Source: Horticoccus luteus
GTDB taxonomy: Bacteria > Verrucomicrobiota > Verrucomicrobiia > Opitutales > Opitutaceae
NCBI RefSeq assembly: GCF_019464535.1
Contig: NZ_CP080507.1
Coordinates: forward strand, 3,540,001 to 3,572,000
Length of the DNA: 32,000 nucleotides
Direction of reading: 5' to 3'
Positions 16,051 through 24,759 of the stretch are shown here, one piece after another; position 1 is the stretch's first letter; each line of letters begins with the position of its first letter. Below the pieces are notes generated by a model. It was given only the letters and a program-made list of their open reading frames with translations. It did not search any database and had not been told where the DNA came from. The position numbers were made by a program, and so were the translations under genes.

Positions 16051-17064
16051 TTACTTCCCCGCGACCGGCTCGCCCGCCTCGTTGGCAAACGCCGGTGATA
16101 ACGCATCCTTCCACGCGACGGGCTGCGTTTTGAGCACCACATCGCCCCCGCCCGCGTAAATCTCCACCGGCCATTTTCCCGCATTCAGCGCGCCCACGAC
16201 CCGCCCACGGCGGGCCTTCCCCTGCACCACGAGGCCCTTGGCCTTGTTGTCCACGCGCCCCCAAAAAGTCCCCGCCTCCACCCGGCAACTCGCGGCCGGA
16301 TCGAAAATCGCCACCACGTTGCCGCCGTCGGTCGTGAGTTTCGCCTTCCCGGCAAAATTTCCCGCCAGCGCCACCTTCACGTTACCGGTGACCGCCTTCA
16401 CTTCCGTGTTGCCCGATACGGCCTGCACGTCGGCATCGCCGCCGCCCGCCAGCACCGTTACGTCGCCGGCGATCGGCCCCGCGAACACCGAACCGGTTTT
16501 CGCCTTCAACACCGCTGATCCCGCGCACGATGCGAGCGTGATCGAGCCGCTCTTCGTGAGCGCGGTCACCGCGCCATCGATCTGCTGCAGCACGAGTTCG
16601 CCGGCATCCACTTTCAACGACACATTGCCGCGCACGGCGCCGATCGTCACATCCACGTGTTCTCCCACCAACGTGACAGAGCATTGCACTGGCACCTGCA
16701 AAACCAAGGAGACTTCCACCGGCGGCCAATCGAGCCACGTCGGATACATCCCTTTCTCGCCGTCGTAACGCGAGCGCAGCGTCACCACGCCGTGGTCGTT
16801 GGTGAACTCCACGTGATTCCGCCGCTCCATCTCCGCGACTTCCTTTTCCTCCGTCGTCGCGAACGCCCGGTGGATCGTCAGATGCACGTCCTTCGCGTCC
16901 GCCACCGGCTCGACCGAGACGATCGCGCGCGTGAGATCCAAATGCAGTTGCACCTCCGCGCCGGTCGTCAAAACGCGTTCTTCGGAGCGTTCAAACAACG
17001 CCCACGCCGGCGTCGCACAACACAACGCCAACACCCACCACCATTTCGAGCAAGCCACGCGCAT
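16051..17064 (-). CDS. Secreted DUF4097 (putative adhesin / beta-helix) protein, paralog 2
   Basis: Start chosen at ATG 17064, giving signal peptide MRVACSKWWWVLALCCATPAWA; ATG 17109 is an alternative. The C-terminal half is built of short G/V/T-rich rungs (GNVSLKVDAG, SGSITLAS, TGSVFAG, GDVTVLAGGGDADV, GNTEVKAV, GNVKVAL). Confidence 0.75.
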   Translation of the reverse strand: MRVACSKWWWVLALCCATPAWALFERSEERVLTTGAEVQLHLDLTRAIVSVEPVADAKDVHLTIHRAFATTEEKEVAEMERRNHVEFTNDHGVVTLRSRYDGEKGMYPTWLDWPPVEVSLVLQVPVQCSVTLVGEHVDVTIGAVRGNVSLKVDAGELVLQQIDGAVTALTKSGSITLASCAGSAVLKAKTGSVFAGPIAGDVTVLAGGGDADVQAVSGNTEVKAVTGNVKVALAGNFAGKAKLTTDGGNVVAIFDPAASCRVEAGTFWGRVDNKAKGLVVQGKARRGRVVGALNAGKWPVEIYAGGGDVVLKTQPVAWKDALSPAFANEAGEPVAGK

Positions 17065-17113
17065 GCCGGCAGTTCCAAGCCGGTCACGCGCGACGACGCA
17101 AGCCAGCAACGTT

Positions 17114-18052
17114 TTACGACCCGCTCGTGGTCACGCGCACATCGCCGCCCGACGTGCGCAATTTCAGCTCCTTGCCGCCGCCATTCACCTTGCCCTTGAG
17201 CTGACTCCGACCGCTCCCACCGCTCGCGAGCTCGATCGTCAGCCCGCCCGCCTCGACCTTTCCGCCGCTGGTCGCCGCATCCAAGTTAAACGCCACCCCT
17301 GGCTTCACGCTCACCCGCACATCGCCCCCCGATGTGCGCAATGAGCAGTCGCCTTTCAACGGCCCCGTCAGCGCCGCCGACACATCTCCGCCGCTGGTGG
17401 AGGCCTGCAAGACGCCCGTCACTTCGTGCACCTTGATGTCGCCCCCTGAGGTTTCCAAATCCGCGTCGCCGCCGATATGGTCAACCTTGATGTTCCCGCC
17501 CGACGTGCGGAGCTTCGTTGAACCCGTGGCGCTCGCGAGCCCGATGTTGCCGCCCGAAGTGGTGGCCGTCACCTCGCCGGTGATCTTGCCCACATTCACG
17601 CTGCCGCCCGATGTCTGCGCCGACACCGTTCCAATCAGGTCCTCGACGCCGATGTCGCCCCCCGAAGTGTGCAAATCGACGTTGTAGCGCGCGGGCACTT
17701 TGATCGTGAACGACACCTGCACGAGCTGCGGGCCGCTGGAAAACCAGCCGCTGCTCTTGGCGTATTTCGCCTCCGCGCTCACATCGTTGCCCGACTGCTC
17801 GATCTTCAAATCCAGATCGGCCAGAATCTTGTCCGCCTCCGCGTCGCTGGAAGCGCGGATCACCTCGCGCGCCTTCACTTCCACCCGATCGATCAAACCT
17901 GTTTCCACGCTGATATCGCCGCCCTGCGTTTTCACATTCAAGGTCCCGCCGGGTTTCACGTTAAACGTCTTCTCCACCGAGCGTTCGATCTTCGCCTGCA
18001 ACGCAGGGACGAGAGCCACCAAGCCAGCAAACAGGAATACGGTCGTTTTCAT
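17114..18052 (-). CDS. Secreted DUF4097 (putative adhesin / beta-helix) protein, paralog 1
   Basis: 312 aa with signal peptide MKTTVFLFAGLVALVPALQA. It contains ten (T/Q)SGG(D/N/S/K)(I/V)xV rungs, five of them at an exact 18-aa spacing. Confidence 0.8.
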   Translation of the reverse strand: MKTTVFLFAGLVALVPALQAKIERSVEKTFNVKPGGTLNVKTQGGDISVETGLIDRVEVKAREVIRASSDAEADKILADLDLKIEQSGNDVSAEAKYAKSSGWFSSGPQLVQVSFTIKVPARYNVDLHTSGGDIGVEDLIGTVSAQTSGGSVNVGKITGEVTATTSGGNIGLASATGSTKLRTSGGNIKVDHIGGDADLETSGGDIKVHEVTGVLQASTSGGDVSAALTGPLKGDCSLRTSGGDVRVSVKPGVAFNLDAATSGGKVEAGGLTIELASGGSGRSQLKGKVNGGGKELKLRTSGGDVRVTTSGS

Positions 18053-18130
18053 GGGTGTGTGTAAAACCCCTGACCCGCGCGAAAGTTACAGGTTCTTTCA
18101 CCGGGCGTCGCCCGTCCCCGAATCCCTCGA

Positions 18131-18155
18131 TGTGGGCGGAGTGTCGTCACCCCGC
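18131..18155 (+). repeat. REP-like element, copy B
   Basis: tGTGGgcggagtg-tcgt-caccccgc with one stem mismatch. As in copy A, an A-run follows it (gcaaaaa vs gcgaaaaa). Intergenic, upstream of the DUF4097 genes. Confidence 0.5.
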
Positions 18156-18193
18156 AAAAACGTCCTCCCGTCTTCCTCGCTCGCCTCGCCGCC

Positions 18194-18451
18194 TCACACT
18201 TTGGCGCTATTATCGCACTTGAAGTGAACCTGCGAACGCCGCAGCGCATGCGTGCGCAACGCCGCGACCTGCCCCGGCTGGTGCCGCACGATTTGCGACC
18301 CTTTCGGTCCGCCCGGCGCCGCCTCCGCCTCGGCCAAGGCCGCGAGGCACACCAACAGCTCCGCCCGCGCAGGCAGCCGCGTCGCGGGAAACCCAGCGTG
18401 CGCGCCCAGCCATGCCACCGTGCGCCCCAACGTTGTCTCTTGCTCAGTCAT
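18194..18451 (-). CDS. Hypothetical small protein (85 aa)
   Basis: ATG 18451 is preceded by gagggtgaggcgaa (SD-like). It lies 33 nt downstream of the ArsC-family gene on the same strand and has G/C-rich third positions. No family recognised. Confidence 0.35.
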   Translation of the reverse strand: MTEQETTLGRTVAWLGAHAGFPATRLPARAELLVCLAALAEAEAAPGGPKGSQIVRHQPGQVAALRTHALRRSQVHFKCDNSAKV

Positions 18452-18484
18452 TTCGCCTCACCCTCGCCGCAAACCGCGACGTTG

Positions 18485-18841
18485 TCATCCTAGAAACGCA
18501 CTCGCCCACGCCGCTTCATCGAAACCTGTCAGCGCCACCCCGTCGCCGAGCACGAACGGGCGCTTCACCAAATTGCCGTTGCCCGCGAGCAAAGCGACTA
18601 ACGCCGCCTCGCTCAACGCCGGCAGTTTTTCGCCCAGCTTCTGCTCGCGGTAATCGCGCCCCGACGTGTTCAACAACCGCCGCCGCTCTCCGCCCAGCGC
18701 TTTCAGCATGCGGCGCAATTCCGTTTCGCTCGGCGGCGTCTCGCGAATCGGCCGCTCCACGAAGGCCACGTCATGGGCGCGCAGCCACTTCGCGGCCCGA
18801 CGGCACGTCTCGCAATTCGCGTAAGTATAGATCGTGAGCAT
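18485..18841 (-). CDS. ArsC/Spx/YffB-family thioredoxin-fold protein
   Basis: Start trimmed to ATG 18841 (MLTIYTYANCETCRRAAKWL...). CxxC motif, followed by LLNTSGRDYRE and LVKRPFVL. 118 aa. It starts 8 nt after the nuclease stop. Confidence 0.85.
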   Translation of the reverse strand: MLTIYTYANCETCRRAAKWLRAHDVAFVERPIRETPPSETELRRMLKALGGERRRLLNTSGRDYREQKLGEKLPALSEAALVALLAGNGNLVKRPFVLGDGVALTGFDEAAWASAFLG

Positions 18842-18849
18842 CGCGCGCC

Positions 18850-20343
18850 TCACTTCACCCAGCTCGCATCCTGCACGATGAACTGCCACCGCCCGCGGTA
18901 TTGGCCGAGTTCGCCGTAGAACTTCATCGGTTCGCCCGCCTTGAATTGCGCCCGCATCTTCGCGCGCACCTGCGTATCGAAACTCCACACATCGTAGGTG
19001 TCGCCGCGAAATTCCACCGCGAGCCGCTTCGTGCGCCCTGTCGTGCCCACGACGTGAAAAATTTTTCCCTTATACGCATCCGTGCGCACCAACGCGCCCG
19101 CCGGCAACTGCTCCGGCTGGATCGCCACCTTCTCCAAGTCCACCCGCCCGTAATCGATCTTGTTCGCCTTCGCGTTGCCCGACTCCGCCGACGCATTGCG
19201 CAACGGCAGGTAATGATCCGTGCGATTGTCGCTCACCGTGAGAAATTTCGCGTAAACCGGAAAGTGATCCGAGAACCCGCTGCCCGCCGGCCCGTCGAAC
19301 GACCACCGCACCGGCAACCCTTTGTCATCCGCATTAAGCCCCGGAAACTTCGCCACCCCGAACGAATTATCCACATATTGCACTCCGCGGTAATCGTAGA
19401 GCCCGCGCGAGATGATGATCTGCATCAGCGTTCCCCATTCCCCGCGATACGTGTCGCTCCCGCGTTCGGCCACCGGCAACTCAAACCAAAGATTGTAGAG
19501 ATCGCGCTGCGTGCCGCGCACCGCCAGCTCGTTGCCCTGCGACCCGAGGATGTCGTTGATCCCTGTCGTCTTCATCTTCGGGTAACGCTGCTTCTGGTTA
19601 TATTGCGAATTGAAATCGCCTCCGATGATGATGTCCGCGTTCGGGTCATCCTTCAGAATCTCATCAATGCGCGTGCGCAAGGTCTTCGCGTTCGCGCGAC
19701 GCGAGACCTCCGTCAACGGGTCGCCCGCGCCCGACTTCCAGTGATTGTTAAACAGGTAGAGCGGCGCGCCATCGACATCCACTTCCACCTCCAAAATGGC
19801 CCGCGCATCGAGCGTCGCATGCGAATGCACCGCCTTCACCGGGAAGCGCGTGAAAATCACGCACTTTTGCGCCAGCGGATGCGTGCTGTCGGCTGACTTG
19901 ATGTTCGCCGCCGGCACCACGTGGTAACCGGTCAGGCCGCGATCCGCCATCGCCTTGGCCAGCAGCGCCTCGGCCGGCAGATCCTCGATCTCCGGCGAGA
20001 ACCGCGGACCGATCATCTCATCGATCGTCACGTTCTGATACTGCCGCAAGATCGCTTCGTAATCCAACGGCTTCGCGGACGGCGTTTGATCCGCCTCGAT
20101 CTCATCGAAGAAAATAATGTCCGGCCCGCGTCCGCCTTCGAACTTCGTCAGAATGGTCGCAATGTTATGGAGCTTCGTGAGCGCGTGCGCCTTCGAATAT
20201 TTGGCCGGCTGGTAGTCCTCGAACCCCGCTTTGCCGTCCACATCGAAAAGATTCTCGACGTTGTAAACCACTACCATGAAAGGCCGCGCCGCCGCCGAGG
20301 CGACGAGCACGGCACAAAAAAACAGACCAGTGAAAAGGCGCAT
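18850..20343 (-). CDS. Secreted endonuclease/exonuclease/phosphatase (EEP) family protein with a C-terminal OB-fold-like module
   Basis: 497 aa with signal peptide MRLFTGLFFCAVLVASAAA. EEP motifs: VVYNVENLF, FNNHWKS, GGDFN and SDHFPVYAKF. The last ~75 aa (GKIFHVVGTTGRTKRLAVEFRGDTYDVWSF...FYGELGQYRGRWQFIV) look like an OB fold. Confidence 0.85.
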   Translation of the reverse strand: MRLFTGLFFCAVLVASAAARPFMVVVYNVENLFDVDGKAGFEDYQPAKYSKAHALTKLHNIATILTKFEGGRGPDIIFFDEIEADQTPSAKPLDYEAILRQYQNVTIDEMIGPRFSPEIEDLPAEALLAKAMADRGLTGYHVVPAANIKSADSTHPLAQKCVIFTRFPVKAVHSHATLDARAILEVEVDVDGAPLYLFNNHWKSGAGDPLTEVSRRANAKTLRTRIDEILKDDPNADIIIGGDFNSQYNQKQRYPKMKTTGINDILGSQGNELAVRGTQRDLYNLWFELPVAERGSDTYRGEWGTLMQIIISRGLYDYRGVQYVDNSFGVAKFPGLNADDKGLPVRWSFDGPAGSGFSDHFPVYAKFLTVSDNRTDHYLPLRNASAESGNAKANKIDYGRVDLEKVAIQPEQLPAGALVRTDAYKGKIFHVVGTTGRTKRLAVEFRGDTYDVWSFDTQVRAKMRAQFKAGEPMKFYGELGQYRGRWQFIVQDASWVK

Positions 20344-20434
20344 GCGGCCTTCTCACTGGTCCGTTGCGGCCCCGGAGGCAAGTCCGGGGCGGAACCCGTT
20401 TCACTCGCTTGCGTCGCCCGGTGTGGCGTGCCGC

Positions 20435-20812
20435 TTAACGGTCGCCGCGGCGCAGCGCGGTGCGGTCCGGCGACGAGTTCATCGCCGTCGTGGTCTGGCC
20501 CCGCGCGCGCTCCCGACGTTGCATCGCCGCCGTGTCCGCTTGCTCGCGAGCCCGGCGTTGCCATTGGCCGATGGATTCGGCCGTGAGCCCCGGGTCGAGC
20601 TGGCCCGGAGCGGCGTTGAGTTTGCTGACCGTCGCACCGGTGCCGAATGTCGCCTTCGGCAGATACGGTTTATTTTGGCGCGGACCCGGCACGGCCGGCA
20701 TCGTTGAGGCTGCGGTGGGAGAAACGGCGGGCGAGGCGTCTTGCGCCCAGGCGCAGGTGGAAACCACGGCGGCAATGGCGCCTCCGCGTATCAAATTTTT
20801 GAGGGTAGACAT
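20435..20812 (-). CDS. Small secreted protein (125 aa), no family recognised
   Basis: Start trimmed to ATG 20812, preceded by aaaaaggaatacc. Signal peptide MSTLKNLIRGGAIAAVVSTCAWAQ. The C-terminal part is Arg/Gln-rich. Confidence 0.5.
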   Translation of the reverse strand: MSTLKNLIRGGAIAAVVSTCAWAQDASPAVSPTAASTMPAVPGPRQNKPYLPKATFGTGATVSKLNAAPGQLDPGLTAESIGQWQRRAREQADTAAMQRRERARGQTTTAMNSSPDRTALRRGDR

Positions 20813-20953
20813 GGTATTCCTTTTTCTTGGAGGTTTACTGGACGCTCCTTTTCGACCCCGCCCCTCCGGCCCGGTCTCCGTTGATCCGGTTCGCCCCGAT
20901 GACCGAAGCGCGCGTTGACGACTGCTGCTCGTGCCCCGCACTCTGACCGCCGT

Positions 20954-21739
20954 ATGACCGCAATTCTCGATGTTGCTGACCTGCGAGTGGAACGAGGTCG
21001 CACCACCATTCTGCACGATGTCAGCTGGCGCATCGCCCGTGGCCAGCACTGGGTCATTCTGGGGGCCAACGGCTCAGGGAAAACCTCCCTGCTCAAAACG
21101 CTGACTGGCTACCTCGTCCCCACCGCCGGCCGCATTGAGGTCCTCGGCCATCGCTTCGGGCAGAGCGACTGGCGCGAACTCCGACTCCACGTCGGCGTGG
21201 TGATGAACGTCTTCTCCGCCGCCATCCCGCTCGCGGAAGTCGCCCTCGATACCGTTATCAGCGGCAAATATGCCCAACTCGACCTCTGGCACCGCGTCAC
21301 TTCCGCCGATCGCGCCGCCGCCCTGCGCCAATTGCGCCGCGCGGGCATCGCCCATCTCGCGCAGCGCCCATGGGTCCACCTCTCCCAAGGCGAACGTCAA
21401 CGCGTCCTGATTGCGCGCGCCCTCATGGCCCGCCCTCGCCTCCTGATTCTCGACGAACCGTGCGCCGGCCTCGATCCCGTCGCGCGCGCCCACTTCCTCG
21501 CCTTCGTGCAACAACTCAGCACGCTCCGCGGCGCTCCGTCGCTTGTCCTCGTGACCCACCACGTCGAAGAAATCACCCCGGCGTTTTCCCATTTGCTGCT
21601 GCTGCGTCGTGGCACCGTCCTCGCCGCCGGCGAACGCGCCCGCCTCCTTACCTCCGCGAATCTCTCCGCCGTGTTCGAGGCCCCCTGCCACCTCCGCCGC
21701 TCCGCCGCCGGCCTGCGCCTCGAGGTGCGCCCGGTTTAG
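20954..21739 (+). CDS. ABC transporter ATP-binding protein (no permease in the window)
   Basis: Start trimmed to ATG 20954. Walker A GANGSGKTSLL, signature LSQGERQRVLIARAL, Walker B LLILDEP and H-loop VTHH. 261 aa. Confidence 0.9.
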   Translation: MTAILDVADLRVERGRTTILHDVSWRIARGQHWVILGANGSGKTSLLKTLTGYLVPTAGRIEVLGHRFGQSDWRELRLHVGVVMNVFSAAIPLAEVALDTVISGKYAQLDLWHRVTSADRAAALRQLRRAGIAHLAQRPWVHLSQGERQRVLIARALMARPRLLILDEPCAGLDPVARAHFLAFVQQLSTLRGAPSLVLVTHHVEEITPAFSHLLLLRRGTVLAAGERARLLTSANLSAVFEAPCHLRRSAAGLRLEVRPV

Positions 21740-21821
21740 CGGCTCGCGGCCAAAATCTGCCGCCGCGCCCCAGCGCTCACCTGTGCTGCTCGCCGGCGCG
21801 TTTCGTCCCGATTTCGTTTTC

Positions 21822-22577
21822 TCATTTCGGCGCGGAAAAGATCTCCTCGAAAAACACCTTCATCGCCATCCACGAGCGCCGGTCCGCCGTCTCGTTGTAA
21901 GCGATGCCTTCGATGCCCGCCTCGCGCGCCAGCTTGTCCGCGTCCGGATTCGTGAAGGCATGCACCGCTCCGGAATAGATGTTCAACTGGTAATCGAGTT
22001 TGCCCTCGTCCAGCGCGCGTTTGAACGCCGCCACTTCCTCCGGCGTTTCGAAATAGTCCAGCCCGCCATGGCAGATCAGCAGCTTCGCTTTGGTTCGCGC
22101 CGCCGCCTCCGCCGACGGCGGAATCAGCCCGCCGTGGAAACTCACCACACCTGCCAGCGGCGCTCCACTGAAGGCCAGCGATTGCACCACGCTGCCGCCA
22201 AAACAATAACCGATCGCCGCTACTTTTTCCGGCGCCACGCCTTTCACCGCCAACAACTGGTCCAGCCCCGCCCGCGCGCGCTCGGCCATCAGCGGCTTGC
22301 CATAAAACTCGCTCGCCCACGCGCGCGCCTGCTTCGGATCGCGCGTCGTCTTCTCGCCGCCATACATCTCGATCGCGAAAGCCACATAACCGAGGCGGGC
22401 GAGATGCTCCGCGCGCTGCTTCGGATAATCCAACAAACCCCACCACTCCGGCGCGACCAGCACGCCCGGCCGCAACGCTCCTCCGCCCCCGTCACCGTAA
22501 GCGAGGTAGCCGTTAAGCTTCACCCCGCCATGTTCGTAAGCGACGTTTCGCGTGACGATCTTTTCGGCTGCGTTCAT
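21822..22577 (-). CDS. Dienelactone hydrolase family protein
   Basis: Start trimmed to ATG 22577. Nucleophile elbow GYCFGG, plus SFHG and VHAF blocks typical of DLH alpha/beta hydrolases. 251 aa. Confidence 0.85.
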   Translation of the reverse strand: MNAAEKIVTRNVAYEHGGVKLNGYLAYGDGGGGALRPGVLVAPEWWGLLDYPKQRAEHLARLGYVAFAIEMYGGEKTTRDPKQARAWASEFYGKPLMAERARAGLDQLLAVKGVAPEKVAAIGYCFGGSVVQSLAFSGAPLAGVVSFHGGLIPPSAEAAARTKAKLLICHGGLDYFETPEEVAAFKRALDEGKLDYQLNIYSGAVHAFTNPDADKLAREAGIEGIAYNETADRRSWMAMKVFFEEIFSAPK

Positions 22578-22649
22578 TCCTTCACTCAACGCGAATAAAA
22601 TTCCCCGGCAACTTTTCGCGCCGGATCTGCGCAACGCTGCGCGCGCTCC

Positions 22650-23093
22650 TCACGTCACCATGCCGCCGGCGATATAACCCTTCAGGTGTTCTGCCTCCGC
22701 CTGATGCACCTCCGACACCCAGCGCGAAATATCTCCGATCGAAATCAACCCGCGACACCGACCGCCTTCGACCACCGGCAAATGGCGGCAACGTTTGTCC
22801 GCAAAGATCACCATCGCTTCCTCCACCGTCGTTGCCGGCGACACGGTGATGAGGTCCTTTGTCATCACGTCCGCCACCGGCGTGCGCTGCGGATCGAGCC
22901 CGCCGCCGACGATGCGGCGCAACACATCCCGCTCCGTAAAAATGCCCGCCATCTTTTCCCCGTGCGTCACCACGACGGAACCGATGTGCTGCCGGTTCAT
23001 CTCCTCCACGGCCTCCGCCACGGTTGCTGACGAATCGACGGTATAGAGAGCGGCGCCCTTCCGCTCCAACAAAATGGACAAGGGAGTATTCAT
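22650..23093 (-). CDS. CBS-pair domain protein
   Basis: Start trimmed to ATG 23093. Two CBS repeats: IGSVVV...GIFTERDVLRRI and HLPVVEGGRCRGLISIGDISRW. 147 aa. Confidence 0.85.
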   Translation of the reverse strand: MNTPLSILLERKGAALYTVDSSATVAEAVEEMNRQHIGSVVVTHGEKMAGIFTERDVLRRIVGGGLDPQRTPVADVMTKDLITVSPATTVEEAMVIFADKRCRHLPVVEGGRCRGLISIGDISRWVSEVHQAEAEHLKGYIAGGMVT

Positions 23094-23229
23094 AGGGGTA
23101 ACGGGGTAGATTTCATAGTGCGCCGACGCCTCCATCCCGCAACCCCATATCGCCGGAATTCTCCCGCTTTTTTCTCCCCCCGCCGCGCATGGCTTGCACC
23201 GCTTCCTCATCCGTGTTTTGTGCTGGCGC

Positions 23230-23853
23230 ATGACTGCAGGCAAAACCCTTCTCGTCGTGTTCGGCGGCATCGCGCTCATCGTGCTCTTGCTCGCTCTCTG
23301 GGCCGGCGGCACTTACAACCGTCTCGTCACCCTCCAGCAAGCGACCGACGCCCAATGGGCCCAGGTGCAAAACGTCTACCAGCGCCGCGCCGATCTCGTC
23401 CCCAACCTCGTCAACACCGTCGCCGGCGCCGCCAATTTCGAGCGCACCACGATGAACGAGGTCACCCAGGCCCGCGCCTCCGTCGGCAAAATCCAGCTCC
23501 CCACCGGCACCGCCCCCACCGATCCCGCGCAACTCCAGGCGTTCGCCGATGCGCAAGCCCGCCTCGGCGGCGCCCTCTCGCGCCTGCTCGCCGTGTCCGA
23601 AAATTATCCCGACCTCAAAGCCACCACCGCGTTTCGCGATTTGCAGGCGCAACTCGAAGGCACCGAAAACCGCATCGCCGTCGAACGCGGCCGCTTCAAC
23701 GAAGCCGTCCAGGCCTACAACACCGCCATCCGCCGCTTTCCCGCCGCGCTCCTCGCCGGCATGTTCGGCCACTCGCCTCGCCCGTATTTCAGCGCGACCG
23801 CCGGTGCCGACACCCCGCCCAAGGTTAACTTCGACTTCAGCCCAAAGCCGTGA
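23230..23853 (+). CDS. lemA: LemA family membrane protein
   Basis: Start trimmed to ATG 23230. N-terminal TM helix, followed by YNRLV...QWAQVQNVYQRRADLVPNLV...ENYPDLKA...LEGTENRIAVERGRFNEAVQAYN. 207 aa. Confidence 0.9.
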   Translation: MTAGKTLLVVFGGIALIVLLLALWAGGTYNRLVTLQQATDAQWAQVQNVYQRRADLVPNLVNTVAGAANFERTTMNEVTQARASVGKIQLPTGTAPTDPAQLQAFADAQARLGGALSRLLAVSENYPDLKATTAFRDLQAQLEGTENRIAVERGRFNEAVQAYNTAIRRFPAALLAGMFGHSPRPYFSATAGADTPPKVNFDFSPKP

Positions 23854-24758
23854 ACGCGCTTCGCCGCGCGCAACGTGGGCGCCGCCCGCTCTCCGCCTGC
23901 TCCTCTCGCGGCGGTCGGCGCGAAAGTCTGGACACCACCCGGAACGTGATTCGCTTGCCCCACCCATGCAGCGCCCCGCGCCGCGCACGCTGCGGCCTGG
24001 CGCTCGCGTGGCTCGCATTGCTGGTGATCCCCTTTTTCGTCCGCGCGGCAGAAGTCATCCCGCCCGCCCCGCGTGATCACTTTAACGACTACGCCGGCCT
24101 CGTCTCCGCCGACGCCGCCCGCTCGCTCGACGCGCAGCTCACGCAGTTCGAGCGCGACACCTCCACGCAACTGGTCGTCGCGATTTTCCCGACGATGCAG
24201 AGCGATTCATCGGTGGATGATTACGCTGTCCGCGTGGCCCAAGCCTGGGGCGTCGGCCGCAAAGACCGCAAAAACGGCGCCGTGCTCTTCTGCTTCATGC
24301 AGGAGCACAAAATCTATCTCACCGTCGGCTACGGCCTCGAAGGCGCGCTCCCCGACGCCACCGCGAAACGCATCATTGAGAACGAAATCACCCCGCAATT
24401 CCGCGCCGGCCATTTCGAAGCCGGCCTGCGCGCGGGCATCACCGCGATCGAAGCCGCCACGCGCGGCGAATACAAAGGCACCGGCCGCACCGCGCCAAGC
24501 CACTCCCGCGGCCTGCCCCCTGGCGCCCTCTTCGGCATTTTTCTGGTCATCGTAATCTTCTCCGTCTTCGCCCGCCAACGCTCGCGCCGCAGCGATTTTT
24601 ACGGCCGCCGCGGTCGGCGCACGTTCTGGATGGGCCCCGGCCCTTGGGGCGGCGGCGGCAGTAGCGGCGGCGGTGGTTGGTCAGGCGGCGGTGGCGGCGG
24701 CAGTTTCTCGGGTGGCGGCGGCAGCTTCGGCGGCGGCGGCGCGGGAGGAAGTTGGTAA
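23850..24758 (+). CDS. TPM-domain (YgcG-like) membrane protein with a Gly-rich C-terminal tail
   Basis: GTG 23850 overlaps the lemA stop (gtga). In-frame GTG 23946 is an alternative start just before the signal/TM segment. TPM blocks: NDYAGLVS...QLVVAIFPT...GAVLFCFMQEHKIYLTVGYGLEG. A TM helix (LFGIFLVIVIFSVFA) is followed by the GGGGS-type tail. Confidence 0.85.
   Translation: MNALRRAQRGRRPLSACSSRGGRRESLDTTRNVIRLPHPCSAPRRARCGLALAWLALLVIPFFVRAAEVIPPAPRDHFNDYAGLVSADAARSLDAQLTQFERDTSTQLVVAIFPTMQSDSSVDDYAVRVAQAWGVGRKDRKNGAVLFCFMQEHKIYLTVGYGLEGALPDATAKRIIENEITPQFRAGHFEAGLRAGITAIEAATRGEYKGTGRTAPSHSRGLPPGALFGIFLVIVIFSVFARQRSRRSDFYGRRGRRTFWMGPGPWGGGGSSGGGGWSGGGGGGSFSGGGGSFGGGGAGGSW
24645..24755 (+). 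repeat. Coding low-complexity (GGC/GGT)n tract
   Basis: Encodes WGGGGSSGGGGWSGGGGGGSFSGGGGSFGGGGAGGSW at the C-terminus of the TPM protein. This is a slippage-prone triplet repeat. Confidence 0.8.
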
Positions 24759-24759
24759 C

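Noticed and set aside
20369-20390. 8-bp GC hairpin gccccgga-ggcaag-tccggggc between the small secreted-protein gene and the nuclease gene
   Set aside because: The hairpin is real, but no T-run follows it on either strand. I cannot support a terminator call. It may be a leader structure of the nuclease mRNA.
20954-21739. Orphan ABC ATPase as a possible defence or toxin ATPase (OLD, Gabija or ABC-F-like)
   Set aside because: It is a single standard transporter-type NBD with Walker A, signature and Walker B motifs. It has no nuclease, TOPRIM, coiled-coil or duplicated NBD. The absence of a neighbouring permease is not in itself evidence for a novel system.
24645-24755. Repetitive GGC tract as a possible CRISPR or tandem non-coding repeat
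   Set aside because: It lies in frame inside the TPM protein gene and encodes a Gly/Ser tail. It has no repeat-spacer organisation. No CRISPR-like array exists anywhere in the window.
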